A DNA stretch of 64,000 bases from positions 7,701-71,700 of the forward strand of contig CBCYMI010000028.1 in NCBI GenBank assembly GCA_965183855.1. The letters run 5' to 3'. This DNA is from Maricaulaceae bacterium. Lineage in GTDB: Bacteria > Pseudomonadota > Alphaproteobacteria > Caulobacterales > Maricaulaceae. Within the stretch, counting starts at the first letter, position 1; every line of letters starts with the position of its first letter. This document shows, piece by piece, positions 20,560-31,079 of the stretch. The notes below the pieces were generated by a model. The model made no database searches. It saw only the letters and a program-made list of their open reading frames with translations, and had not been told where the DNA came from. Position numbers and translations under genes: made by a program.

Positions 20560-20581
20560 CCATATAAAAAAGGGTTCGTAT

Positions 20582-21601
20582 ATGCAGTCCATTTATAAAA
20601 AATTAACAGATTTAAAACCTCTTACAATAAAAGAAAGCACGCAATTATTCCATCATATGCTAACTGGAAAAATGGATCCTGTCTTAATCAGTTCTGTGCT
20701 AACAGCACTGAAAATCAGACAGGAACATAAAACCAACCCCTCCATTAGCCATGAACTCCTAGGTGCCACAAATGCAATGATTAAAACCGCAAAACCCTTT
20801 CCAAAACCCAATTACCCATATGCAGATATTGTCGGAACTGGTGGAGATGGCTTAAATACAATCAATGTTTCAACGCTTTCAGCATGTGTGTGTGCGGCAT
20901 ATGGACTTAAAATTGCAAAACATGGAAACCGCGCCGTTTCTGGAATGTCTGGCTCTTCTGAACTGGTTTCACACCTCGGAATGAATCTTCTGCTTTCTCC
21001 AAACGATTCAAGAGCCCTCCTCGATCAATATGGTCTATGCTTCTTGTTTGCACCCCATTATCACACAGGAATGAAATATGTAATGCCTGTTCGAAAAATC
21101 TTGAAAACACGAACCTTGTTTAATATTTTAGGCCCTTTAGCAAATCCTGCAAATCCAGATTTAAAACTCATCGGTGTCTATGATCCAAATCTAATAAAAC
21201 CCGTCGCTAAAACCCTTCTGGCTCTAAAAATCAAGCATGCCTTCATTGTTCATGGCTCAAAATTAGATGAAGTCGCTATTCATGGCAAAACAAAAATTGC
21301 GGAAATTATCAATGGAAAAATCGAATATTATCAACTCTCCCCTGAGGATTTTGGAATTCAAAAATATGAACTGGATTCTATCATTTGTTCTTCTCCAAAA
21401 GAAAATTATCAAACCGCGCTTCATCTCTTAAAAGGAACATCTAGCAAAGCTGTAAATGCCTTAATTGCCGTTAATTCTGCCCTTGTATTGCGCCTGTTCG
21501 GAAATGAAAATATCAAAGAAAATACTGAAAAAATTCTGGACTTATTGGCAAGTGGGACCCCATATCAATTCTTGCAAAATATGATAAAAAATGAAAGTTA
21601 A
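20582..21601 (+). CDS. trpD: Anthranilate phosphoribosyltransferase
   Basis: Shows DIVGTGGDG, KHGNRAVSG and NILGPL.NP motifs. 339 aa. Confidence 0.9.
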   Translation: MQSIYKKLTDLKPLTIKESTQLFHHMLTGKMDPVLISSVLTALKIRQEHKTNPSISHELLGATNAMIKTAKPFPKPNYPYADIVGTGGDGLNTINVSTLSACVCAAYGLKIAKHGNRAVSGMSGSSELVSHLGMNLLLSPNDSRALLDQYGLCFLFAPHYHTGMKYVMPVRKILKTRTLFNILGPLANPANPDLKLIGVYDPNLIKPVAKTLLALKIKHAFIVHGSKLDEVAIHGKTKIAEIINGKIEYYQLSPEDFGIQKYELDSIICSSPKENYQTALHLLKGTSSKAVNALIAVNSALVLRLFGNENIKENTEKILDLLASGTPYQFLQNMIKNES

Positions 21602-21606
21602 AACAT

Positions 21607-22971
21607 ATGAATAATATCCTCAAGAAAATTCTCGAAGATAAATATAAATGGATAGATCATCGCAAAAAAAATCAGCCAGAATCTGAGCTGATTAAACAAA
21701 TTCATCCCCAGCGAACATCCTTTCATAACGCCTTGATTAAACCAGAAACAGGCTTTATTTTGGAATGTAAAAAAGCGTCTCCTTCAAATGGACTCCTTCG
21801 ACCAAACTTTAATCTTGATGAAATCATAAATGTCTATCATCAATACGCAAACGCAATTTCCGTTCTGACCGATCAAGCCTGGTTTCAAGGTCGGTTCGAA
21901 GATCTTAAATCCGTTCGAGAAAAAACAAACCTGCCTATTCTTTGCAAGGATTTTATCATTGATCCATACCAAATCTATTTGGCAAACCATTACGGCGCCG
22001 ATGCCATCTTGCTAATGCTATCTATCTTGGAAGATCATGACTATCAACGCTTATCTAAAATTGCAAAACAATTCAAAATGGATGTTTTAACAGAAATCAG
22101 CACAAAAACAGAATTAAAAAGAGCTCGTAATTTAAAAGCTGAAATTATAGGTATTAATAACCGTAACCTAAAAGACTTAACTATTGATCTTAATAAAACT
22201 AAAGCCCTTGCTAAACATCTTCCTAAAGAACAAATTATTGTTTCTGAATCTGGCTATACATCCAATCAGGAAATTCGTCAAAACGCTCCGTTTGTACATG
22301 CATTTTTAATCGGAACCCAATTGATGAAAGCAAAAAATCTAAAACTGGAAACTAAAAAACTCATCTATGGATCTCATAAAGTCTGCGGTCTGACGCGTCT
22401 TGAAGATGTTTATTTAGCAGAACAAGCAAATGCCGTCTTTGGAGGCTTTATTTTTGCTAAATCCTCTAAAAGAAAAATTACGCTAAAACAAGCTGATTTA
22501 CTCTTACAAAAAACACAGCTCATCCCTGTTGGCGTATTTCAAAACCAACCTATAAAAGAAGTCATAAATATCGCACATAAACTATCTCTATTTGCCCTTC
22601 AACTCCACGGAAATGAAGATCAAGCTTATATCCAAACCCTGAAAAAATCACTAAATAAATCCTGTAAAATCTGGAAAGCCTTAACTATCACAGAAGAAAT
22701 TCCCAAATTAAATCAATATCCAAATATAGACCGCTTCTTATTGGATAGCCCAAAAACACAATGCAAACAAATCTCCTTTAACTGGTCTTTACTAACACCT
22801 TCTATCTGTTCCAAAATCATGCTGGCGGGAGGAATTTCAAAACATAATATCAAACAGGCTCTTTCCTTTAACTGTCTTGGTCTGGATGTAAATTCTGGCG
22901 TGGAAATATCTACTGGAATTAAAAGCTATCAAAAACTGATCGAACTGTTTAAAATTATTAGAGCCTATTAA
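21607..22971 (+). CDS. trpC: Bifunctional indole-3-glycerol-phosphate synthase / phosphoribosylanthranilate isomerase
   Basis: 454 aa. The N-terminal half is IGPS-like (FILECKKASPS, ..CKDFIIDPYQI.., GINNRNL). The C-terminal half is PRAI-like (KVCGLT, LQLHG, DSP..). Confidence 0.9.
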   Translation: MNNILKKILEDKYKWIDHRKKNQPESELIKQIHPQRTSFHNALIKPETGFILECKKASPSNGLLRPNFNLDEIINVYHQYANAISVLTDQAWFQGRFEDLKSVREKTNLPILCKDFIIDPYQIYLANHYGADAILLMLSILEDHDYQRLSKIAKQFKMDVLTEISTKTELKRARNLKAEIIGINNRNLKDLTIDLNKTKALAKHLPKEQIIVSESGYTSNQEIRQNAPFVHAFLIGTQLMKAKNLKLETKKLIYGSHKVCGLTRLEDVYLAEQANAVFGGFIFAKSSKRKITLKQADLLLQKTQLIPVGVFQNQPIKEVINIAHKLSLFALQLHGNEDQAYIQTLKKSLNKSCKIWKALTITEEIPKLNQYPNIDRFLLDSPKTQCKQISFNWSLLTPSICSKIMLAGGISKHNIKQALSFNCLGLDVNSGVEISTGIKSYQKLIELFKIIRAY

Positions 22972-23031
22972 AAAACAAACCTTAAAATAAACATATAAAA
23001 ATCATCTTTAACCCAATAGAGCCCATTTAAC

Positions 23032-24231
23032 ATGAATAAAAAAACCTTAAATCCATATTTTGGTGAATTCGGAGGACAATTCGTCCCAGAAATCCTGATG
23101 AGTGTCCTCAATGAATTAGAACATGCATTTATCGAATCTGAACAAGATCAACAGTTTCAAAAAAACCTGAATGATTTATTATCAGAATATGCAGGACGCC
23201 CTACCCCTTTGTTTTTATGTCAAAACCTGACACAAAATTCCAAAACACGCCTTTATCTCAAGCGCGAAGATCTTCTTCATAGTGGCGCGCACAAAATCAA
23301 TCAGGTAATCGGACAAGCCCTGTTGGCAAAAAAAATGGGAAAAACAGAAATTATCGCAGAAACAGGCGCTGGACAACATGGCGTCGCAACGGCAATGGTT
23401 TGTGCGTTATTAAATCTGAAATGCCGTATTTATATGGGAAAAAAAGATATGGAAAGACAAACCCCAAACGTCTTTCGTATACGCCTTATGGGAGCAAAAC
23501 TCATTCCTGTTCATCACGGATCCGCAACTCTTAAAGATGCCTGTAGCGAAGCTTTAAGAGATTGGACCGCGCACTATAAACAAGCGCATTATTTACTCGG
23601 AACCGCCGCAGGTCCTCACCCTTTTCCAACCCTGGTCAGACAATTTCAATCGATTATTGGAAAAGAAACAAAACAGCAAATCCTTAAAAAAGAACAGGCT
23701 CTGCCCGATCAAATCCTTGCCTGCGTCGGAGGGGGCTCAAATGCAATCGGGATCTTTCATGAATTTATTCAACATAAACAAACCCAATTAATCGGCGTTG
23801 AACCTGCTGGAAAAGGAATTAAAACCAAACAACATGGTGCTCCTTTAAAACACGGAAAAACAGGTATTTTCTTTGGGATGAAATCAAAATTAATGCAAGA
23901 TCAATACGGACAAATCCAGGAATCTTACTCGATTTCTGCTGGATTAGACTTTCCATCCATAGGACCGGAACATGCCTATCTCAATCAAAGTAAACGTGCG
24001 GATTATGTCTCTGTAACCGATCAAGAAGCCTTAAATGCGTTCCAAACGCTGGCTCATTATGAAGGCATTATTCCAGCACTGGAATCTGCTCATGCACTTG
24101 CCTATGCCTTAAAAATTATCAAAAAAAATCCAGATAAAAAACAAACCTTAATCGTCAATCTTTCAGGAAGAGGAGATAAAGATCTTCTTACAATTTCTCC
24201 TCTCTTAACGCAACAGGAAACTGCTTTATGA
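23032..24231 (+). CDS. trpB: Tryptophan synthase beta chain
   Basis: Shows [20 protein letters not shown] (PLP lysine) and GGGSNAIG. Confidence 0.95.
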   Translation: MNKKTLNPYFGEFGGQFVPEILMSVLNELEHAFIESEQDQQFQKNLNDLLSEYAGRPTPLFLCQNLTQNSKTRLYLKREDLLHSGAHKINQVIGQALLAKKMGKTEIIAETGAGQHGVATAMVCALLNLKCRIYMGKKDMERQTPNVFRIRLMGAKLIPVHHGSATLKDACSEALRDWTAHYKQAHYLLGTAAGPHPFPTLVRQFQSIIGKETKQQILKKEQALPDQILACVGGGSNAIGIFHEFIQHKQTQLIGVEPAGKGIKTKQHGAPLKHGKTGIFFGMKSKLMQDQYGQIQESYSISAGLDFPSIGPEHAYLNQSKRADYVSVTDQEALNAFQTLAHYEGIIPALESAHALAYALKIIKKNPDKKQTLIVNLSGRGDKDLLTISPLLTQQETAL

Positions 24232-25067
24232 ATATGCCCCTTTCTTTAAGATATCAAACCTTATTTAACCGTTTAGAACAAAACCAGCAAGCCTGTTTTA
24301 TTCCTTTTATCACTCTTGGAGATCCCAATCTGGAAACTTCTTTAGCAATCATACACACACTTGTTAAACAAGGCGCGGATGCTTTGGAATTGGGGTTTCC
24401 ATTCTCAGATCCGCTTGCAGATGGTCCTGTGATCCAAAAAGCTAATTTCCGAGCCCTAACCGCAGGAATAAACCCTGAAATCTGTTTTAATCTCATCTAT
24501 CAAATCCGAAAAGACTATCCAGACCTCCCCATCGGAGTTTTAACCTACGCGAATCTCGTCTATGCAAACACTATTGACCAATTCTATAAAACCTGCCATC
24601 AAACAGGGATTGATTCTGTTTTAATCGCAGATGTACCAATTTTGGAATCTGCACCCTTTCGAAAATCAGCGCAAACATACGGAATTCATTCTATCTATAT
24701 CTTACCTCCAAATCCAGATTCAAAGACATTAAAACAAATTGCGCATTATGGAAGTGGATATACTTATTTACTATCAAGAGCGGGCGTAACAGGAGAACGT
24801 GATACGATCGATCTTCCAACACAATCTCTTTTAAAAGCCTTACAAGCCAATCAAGCCGCGGAAATTATAATGGGATTTGGAATCTCCACACCTAAACAAG
24901 TCGCAAATCTTGTTAAATCAGGAATTAAAGGCGTGATTTCTGGCTCTGCTGTCATAAAATTAATCGAAACCAGCCTGCTCAATCAAGAAACACAAGAAGA
25001 AACGCTTAAAAAACTAGCCAGGTTTATAAACGCCATGAAGTCCGCTACTCTTCTTAAAGAGCACTGA
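24228..25067 (+). CDS. trpA: Tryptophan synthase alpha chain
   Basis: Its start overlaps the trpB stop (ATGA). Shows [17 protein letters not shown] and GFGIS motifs. Confidence 0.9.
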   Translation: MNMPLSLRYQTLFNRLEQNQQACFIPFITLGDPNLETSLAIIHTLVKQGADALELGFPFSDPLADGPVIQKANFRALTAGINPEICFNLIYQIRKDYPDLPIGVLTYANLVYANTIDQFYKTCHQTGIDSVLIADVPILESAPFRKSAQTYGIHSIYILPPNPDSKTLKQIAHYGSGYTYLLSRAGVTGERDTIDLPTQSLLKALQANQAAEIIMGFGISTPKQVANLVKSGIKGVISGSAVIKLIETSLLNQETQEETLKKLARFINAMKSATLLKEH

Positions 25068-25150
25068 GCGTATAAAATAAGGCTCTTAAGCTTGGCATTT
25101 AGAGCGCCTTTAAGAAAATCCAGTCCGAGACTGGCGACCGCGCGCGTGTG
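25068..25150. repeat. Single REP unit with a ccagtc-cga-gactgg hairpin
   Basis: The sequence gagcgtataaaataaggctcttaagcttggcatttagagcgcc plus ttaagaaaatccagtccgagactggcgaccgcgcgcg. Confidence 0.85.
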
Positions 25151-25789
25151 TTATTCTTCTGAAAAGATAAATCTGGAGACCAATAAGGCTTGCGTTCTAT
25201 TTACAACGCCTAATTTACGAAAAACAACTGTAATATGTGCCTTAACGGTGGATTCCTTAATATTCATTTGATAGGCAATCTGTTTGTTTAACAATCCCTG
25301 ATTAATTCCTTTTAAAACACTAAATTGCGCTGGCGTTAAAGAAATAAGACGTTTAATAATAGCTTCATCTTTATCATAATATTCTGATTGTGACCAATAT
25401 TTCCTACCTTTAATAATATGGGATAAAGCATAAATCATTTCGGATAATTCTGTAGATTTTTTGAGATAAGCAAACATGCCTGCCTGTTTAGCAAATCGTA
25501 TGGTTTTAGGATCATCATTTGCAGAAACAACCAGTTTTTTAACATTAGGAAAATGTGTCTGAAATTCTAAAATACTTTCTAAACCTTTTGCATCTGACAT
25601 TTGTAAATCCAGCAAAACCAAATCAGGATTAAGCTCTTCTGTCATGCGTAAGCTCTCCTGTAAGCTTGAAGCATAGCTAATTTCTGCATTTGGAATTGCT
25701 TTTTCAACTACAATCGTTAAAGCTTTTCTAAATAAGGGATGATCATCTGTAATAATGATTTTCTTCGAAGACACCCAATACCTCTCCAT
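25151..25789 (-). CDS. NarL/FixJ-type response regulator (REC + LuxR HTH)
   Basis: Receiver acidic pocket (ITDDHP, LVLLDLQMSD) and a C-terminal LuxR-type HTH (LTPAQFSVL....IAYQMNIKESTVKAHITVVFRKLGV.NRTQA). Confidence 0.8.
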   Translation of the reverse strand: MERYWVSSKKIIITDDHPLFRKALTIVVEKAIPNAEISYASSLQESLRMTEELNPDLVLLDLQMSDAKGLESILEFQTHFPNVKKLVVSANDDPKTIRFAKQAGMFAYLKKSTELSEMIYALSHIIKGRKYWSQSEYYDKDEAIIKRLISLTPAQFSVLKGINQGLLNKQIAYQMNIKESTVKAHITVVFRKLGVVNRTQALLVSRFIFSEE

Positions 25790-25840
25790 ATCTTTTTATA
25801 GAAAATAAGCTAAATATAGCTATTTTAATTCGATTTAAGA

Positions 25841-26980
25841 TTAAAATCTAATACTTTTTTTAGGCAAGGCAGAATGTCGGTAGATTCGAGCAGATAATAA
25901 AATACCAAATCCAGCCATAATCGTCATCATAACACTCCCACCATAAGAAACCAGAGGCATGGGAACACCAACAACAGGAGCAAGTCCTGTAACCATCGCA
26001 ATATTAATAAATACATATAGAAAAAAACTTGCCGTAATGCCCATGCTTGCAAGTCGTGAAAATTTGTTTTTAAACGACCATGCAAGCCATCCACAACATA
26101 AAATAATCAAAACATAAAGCGATAAGAGCCCCATACTACCAATAAATCCAAATTCTTCTGCAATCATGGTAAAGATAAAATCTGTGTGTTTTTCAGGTAA
26201 AAAATCAAGATGAGATTGCGTTCCCTGCAAATAGCCTTTTCCAGACAATCCTCCAGAACCAATTGCAATTTTTGATTGTATAATATGATACCCTGAATCC
26301 AAAGGATCACTTTGTGGATTTAAAAATGTCATGATTCTCTGACGTTGATAATCATGAAGCCCAAATAAAACAAAAATTGGGATTAAAAAAGATAACAAAA
26401 TCGAGAAAATGCCAATTACGCGCCAGGAAATTCCAGAAAGAAAAAGAATAATTCCAGTGGAAAATAAAAGCAATAAAGCCGTTCCTAGATCTGGCTGTCT
26501 CAAAATTAATAAAAATGGAATTCCTGTCATAATCAAGGGAATAAACACGATTTTCAAACCATAATCTTGACCATAATCAACATCATAATAATAACGAGCC
26601 AGAGCTAAAACCAGAGTGATTTTCATAAACTCAGAAGGTTGAAGATTAAATATTCCAAGATCTAACCAACGTTGCGCTCCCATACGTTCAACACCAAATA
26701 TATCAACTACGATCAGTAATAATAACGTCATGATATAAAGTGGATAGGAAAGCCTGTACCAAATTCGTATTGGAATTAAAGCACAGATAAACATTAAAAA
26801 AAGCGCGAGTAAAAAACGAAGCAAATGATTCATTGCCCAAGGCGTCCAGGCGCCATCCGCAACAGAATACAACATGAGTACACCAATTAATGCCGTCATC
26901 ATCAGTAAAATAACCAAAGACCAGTAAATATCTAAAACTCTACTTAAAAAACTATCAGGTGTTTTTCGAAAATAAGACAT
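25841..26980 (-). CDS. rodA: Rod-shape-determining SEDS protein RodA
   Basis: 379-aa polytopic membrane protein with FtsW/RodA/SpoVE motifs (..LQPSEFMK.., ..PEKHTDFIF.., ..GVPMPLVSYGGS..). Confidence 0.85.
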   Translation of the reverse strand: MSYFRKTPDSFLSRVLDIYWSLVILLMMTALIGVLMLYSVADGAWTPWAMNHLLRFLLALFLMFICALIPIRIWYRLSYPLYIMTLLLLIVVDIFGVERMGAQRWLDLGIFNLQPSEFMKITLVLALARYYYDVDYGQDYGLKIVFIPLIMTGIPFLLILRQPDLGTALLLLFSTGIILFLSGISWRVIGIFSILLSFLIPIFVLFGLHDYQRQRIMTFLNPQSDPLDSGYHIIQSKIAIGSGGLSGKGYLQGTQSHLDFLPEKHTDFIFTMIAEEFGFIGSMGLLSLYVLIILCCGWLAWSFKNKFSRLASMGITASFFLYVFINIAMVTGLAPVVGVPMPLVSYGGSVMMTIMAGFGILLSARIYRHSALPKKSIRF

Positions 26981-27059
26981 GTATTTAAGACCAAAAGAAA
27001 TTCGTGCATTCTATATTTTTAAATATTAAAATTCATATATTCAGACTTTTAGGAAAAAA

Positions 27060-27255
27060 TCAACTCACACGCACGCATTCGCGTGGCTTCTTAAAGCGCT
27101 CTGAGTAGAAATATTAAGTACAGAGTTTAAATCTCGCTAGTTAGAGAGCCAAATAAAACCAGCCCTTTGGCCGCACGCCTTTGCGTGTGGTTTCTTAAGA
27201 GCGCTTATAGCGTATAGAATAAGGCTCTTAAGTCTAGCCTTGCTAGTAGAGCGCC
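27060..27255. repeat. Two REP units
   Basis: Hairpins cacgcattcgcgtg, ccagccctttggcc and cacgcctttgcgtg with conserved bodies. Confidence 0.85.
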
Positions 27256-27256
27256 T

Positions 27257-27291
27257 AAAAAAGCAGTCTTTATAAATAGGACTGCTTTTTT
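27257..27291. terminator. Bidirectional intrinsic terminator
   Basis: Stem agcagtc (27262..27268) pairs with gactgct (27280..27286). It is flanked by an A run upstream and a T run downstream, so it can work on either strand. It lies just downstream of the TonB-receptor remnant. Confidence 0.55.
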
Positions 27292-27358
27292 AAAATAACA
27301 CCCTGTTTTAAATATTCTAGGTTTCGAGATTTTTCTATTTTATTAAGTCCATTACCTC

Positions 27359-29951
27359 TTAATGCTTCCAGCGAAGCTTGACATAATAAAACCCACCATT
27401 AAATCCAAAGGGAGAATAATTAGGGTAAACAGCTCCCGCAATTCCAGAATATTTATTTTTGTCAGGATAAACATCAAATAAATTATCTGCTCCAACAATA
27501 AAGCTAAACCCTTTGCCTAATTCTGCTTCCAGTTCAACATCAAGTGTTAATTTAGAACCTGGATTAATTTCCAGACTTTCATCATCTAAATGAAATTCAG
27601 TGAATTCATCAAAATAATTTAATCTTACCAATCCTCCATATCTGCCTTGGTGATGCGTAAAGGCAATATTTCCTCTCCATTTTGGCAGTCCCTTTTCTAA
27701 AAGAGCAATTCTCTGGGAAGTAATCGTTCCACTTGCCAAGGCTTCAGCCTTATTGGCGACTTCCGTATTATTATAATTTAAATGAAGTTGAAGCTTTGAA
27801 TCTCCTTCCCATAAGCTAAAGGGCTTAATTGCGACAAAATCAACGCCTTGCGTTTTTGTATCAATCGCATTGGTATAATAACGAATTGATGACAAGCTTT
27901 GCGCTCCTTCTATATTTTGTGCAGCCAATTGATCAATTAACTCCTTGGTCAGATTAATTGAGCTGGTCTGTGCAATTCTGTCATCAACTTTAATATGATA
28001 ATAATCCAATGTAAATTTAAACCCTGCATAATCAAGGCGCCTCCAATTGTAAAGCTTTTTGAGGTTTCAGGCTGTAATCGTTTTCCTCCAAAAAAGATTG
28101 CAACTGGACTTGTTGGTGGAATTGTACCTCGATTGGTTAATTTTCCATTATTAAATACTGTGCTTACATTCGATACGTTTGATTGTCCAGGCGTGGGTGC
28201 ATGAAATCCTGTTGAATAGGTTGATCTAAATGTCAAAAAATGAGTGGCTTTCCATAACCCTCCAAATTTATAATTGGTGGTATCTCCAAAATCATCAAAA
28301 TCTTCCCAACGCAACGCCGCGTTTAAAACAATATTATTTGTAATATCTGCTTCTAAATCCGTATACACAGCAATGTTTGATCGATCAAATTTCCCCGCAA
28401 TATCTGTACTAAATCCTGGAAATCCATTTGATCCGATTGAAAATCCTTGATCCAGTAAGGGACCTTTAGAAAAAGAAGCACTATCTCCTGCTATAATTTC
28501 AAACTCTTCATTTCTCCATTCAAATCCAAAAGCCACATTGACATCAGATGCAAATGCCTTAATAGGAATTGGATATGAAAAATCCGCGTTGAAATTCTTT
28601 TCTCTCTGAACATATCTTCCTGGATGAAAAGAAGTTGGACTATCCGGTCCAAGTGTGGCATTAACCGTATTAACAATCTTAAATTGAGCCTCATTTTGTC
28701 CCGCAGAAAGACTAATATCATATATTAAACCATTACCAATATCATATTTTCCTCTTATTCCCGCAACGCCTGCAAGATCAAAAATCTTTGCTCCAAAGCT
28801 TGGCGTAAACCCACCTGGAAATAATTCATTAAAGACAAAACAGTTCGGATCTTTAAAAACCTGATCCAATAAATCCTGTTCATTACTCGCTCCAATCACG
28901 ATCTCAGGACAGCTCTTTCCATCATTCGGGGTTAAATCACCTATAAGTCTCTTTGTACCATCAGAATTTGCAAAAACGCCTGAACGTGTATCTGGGTTAC
29001 GATAAAAAAGCCTCCAACAACCTCTCTTTGAGCATAATTCCCAAAGGCATAAACTTCCTTATCATTATCAAGCTCAATGCCAAGATTAGCAAATGCCTTA
29101 AAATCTCCTCTTATTTTAGGAGTTCCCCAAATCTGAGCAGGATTTGCAATATCCTCATTTCCTGCAATAAATAATGCTGAAGCATCATCTCTTTGAACAC
29201 TTCTGCTCGTTGGATCAACATTTAAAAGCTCAACCGTGAAATTCGCAAACCCATTCTCTGTTAAAGGCATGCCATAATTTGCAGAAAACTGATATAATCC
29301 ACCATCCGATTTATAGGTGCTGCCATATTTGGCTTCCAACGTTAATCCATCCGTTGAATCCTTTAAAATAAAATTCATCACCCCCGCAATCGCATCAGAA
29401 CCATATTGAGCAGAAGCCGCATCTCTTAATATATCGACTTGTTTTAAAGCCAAAGCAGGAATAACCGAAATATCAGGACCTTGAGCTCCATCTGAAACAC
29501 CATTTCCCAAAAAAGAAATCACCGAAGCACGATGACGTCGCTTGCCATTCCATAAAACCAATGTCTGGTCTGGAGATAGTCCTCTTAAATTTGCAGGTCT
29601 TACAAAGGTTGCCGCATCACTAATCGGCTGCGCATTAATATTATAAGAGGGAATAATTGTCCGTAACTGATTATTAAGATCACCACTGCCTTGTCGAACA
29701 AATTCCTCCCCACCAATAACATCTATTGGCGCAGGCGTATCTGAAACAGAACGCTCACTCCGCCTAGTTCCAATCGAGACAATCACATCTTCCTTGTCTT
29801 GAACCTTTTCTTGCGCCAACGCCCTAGAGCCAAACCCCGTACCATAAAAGACGGAAAGACTCGTTGTCGCTAATAAAGCCGTGAGGGTTAATAAAGATCC
29901 CGTAAAAGGGGAAGATGAAACCTTTTTAAAACTTTTATCTTTAGAGCTCAT
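27359..29951 (-). pseudogene. TonB-dependent receptor split into three ORFs by two 1-nt frameshifts
   Basis: The plug domain lies in 28941..29951 (..TPAPIDVIGGEEF.., ..ILRDAASAQYGSDAIAGVMNFILK..). The beta-barrel lies in 27949..28899 and 27359..28009. The frames rejoin at an A6 run (29004..29009, reading ..GGFFYRNPDTR.. if A7) and near 28037..28040 (..TIGGALDYAGFKFTLDYYHIK..). Confidence 0.8.
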
Positions 29952-30284
29952 GTCTGAATTCTCCCAAAATATCCAATCAAACTTGTAAAATTAAGTATAG
30001 CATACGTGATATTTTTATCAAAAAATAAAGAAAAAAGGGAAATAAAGAAAAATAAAGATACTGAAAGTAATATAATTATCACATAATATTTGATAATATC
30101 ATTAATTATACCTTGAATTATAGACGGTCTATTTTATAATTTAATTTATTTAAGTATAAAGAATTATATAGTTTAAATAGAATTTATTTTATATAGAATA
30201 ATAAATTCATTAAGAAAACTTATTAAGGTGAATTAAAAAAACAATCTTTTAATCAAAAAGCAAATTTTATATTTTATCTATTAA

Positions 30285-30585
30285 TTATTTTTTCTTTCTA
30301 AACCAGGTTTTATAGCTTTTGATTTCTTTTGTTATTCTTTTGTTATTCTTTTGTTATTCTTTTAGGATCTGAATAATCAAAAAATTTATTAAACTTTCCC
30401 TTAAGAATAATATCAAAAATTAAAAATAATAAAGGATATAAAATCAATGCTGAGATAATAACTACCTACCTATTTCCTTCCAAGCCAAATAATAAAATAT
30501 ACCCTACAGAATACACAACTGCCATATTAAAGCTATAGATAAGTGTATATTTATGGTCTTTTAGAAATTTCTTTAAATGCTTCAT
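30285..30585 (-). pseudogene. Decayed copy of the 95-aa immunity-like membrane protein
   Basis: Starts MKHLKKFLKDHKYTLIYSFNMAVVYSVGYILLFGLEGNR, then TAG (30466..30468) where intact copies have Trp (ENRW). The 3' part carries an 11-bp unit (ttgttattctt) three times in tandem. Confidence 0.75.
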
Positions 30586-30600
30586 TTCAAAAATAATACT

Positions 30601-30921
30601 TTATTTAATAAAGCCTCCTAATAAACTGGTTGTACCTGCAGCCGCAGCACCAGTTACACGCATTCCTACTGCGCCAAAACCACCTGCCATTAACCCTGCC
30701 GCAGTTCCAAGGACCGCTCCAGCAGCAACAACACCCCAATCAACGCCAGGCTTGTTGTCTGTTAATTGATTAATTAAAGCCGCTCCTGCGCCCAATGCGG
30801 TTCCAATTCCAACCATAGCAGCAAATAAAGGCAATATTCCACCTTCTACTTGATCAATCTCTATATCGGTTAATTCTCTGATGCCTGGGTTTGCAGGTAT
30901 AGTTAACGCTAAATCTGTCAT
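30601..30921 (-). CDS. Double-glycine-leader peptide precursor, core type A (78-aa Gly/Ala-rich core)
   Basis: The ATG at 30921 follows TAAGGAGAGAAAAG; the tracked ORF start at 30963 lies in the promoter. The 28-aa leader is MTDLALTIPANPGIRELTDIEIDQVEGG. The core begins ILPLFAAMVGIGTALGAGAAL... Confidence 0.8.
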   Translation of the reverse strand: MTDLALTIPANPGIRELTDIEIDQVEGGILPLFAAMVGIGTALGAGAALINQLTDNKPGVDWGVVAAGAVLGTAAGLMAGGFGAVGMRVTGAAAAGTTSLLGGFIK

Positions 30922-30935
30922 CTTTTCTCTCCTTA

Positions 30936-30963
30936 ATTCTAAACTAAAAAAATAGAGAGTCAA
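30936..30963 (-). promoter_or_regulatory. Sigma-70-like promoter of the leader-peptide gene (TTGACT-N16-TAGAAT)
   Basis: On the minus strand the -35 TTGACT is at 30963..30958 and the -10 TAGAAT at 30941..30936. It lies 15 nt upstream of the ATG and is conserved base for base in six gene copies. Confidence 0.5.
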
Positions 30964-31008
30964 TAAAATAAGGTAAAACTAGATGAAAACCGTATAAAAA
31001 TAGAGATC

Positions 31009-31027
31009 ATTAACTCATAGCGTTAAT
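31009..31027. promoter_or_regulatory. Inverted repeat ATTAAC-N7-GTTAAT upstream of the peptide promoter (candidate operator)
   Basis: Perfect 6-bp arms about 45 nt upstream of the -35. The same site recurs upstream of the genes ending at 42798, 44416, 47623 and 57796, with a variant at 53923, and in the tandem duplicate modules. Confidence 0.4.
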
Positions 31028-31079
31028 ATAGTCTATAAATAGAGTGTATAAACCTTTATTATAGCTCTTCTTAAAATAC

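Noticed and set aside
30922-30963. The N-terminal extensions MTLYFFSLELRREK / MLKFDSIFNLMYNLRREK given in the ORF track for the peptide genes
   Set aside because: The extension covers the predicted -10/-35 and the AGGAGA Shine-Dalgarno sequence. The internal ATG has ideal RBS spacing. The two extension variants differ while the sequence from MTDLAL onward is conserved.
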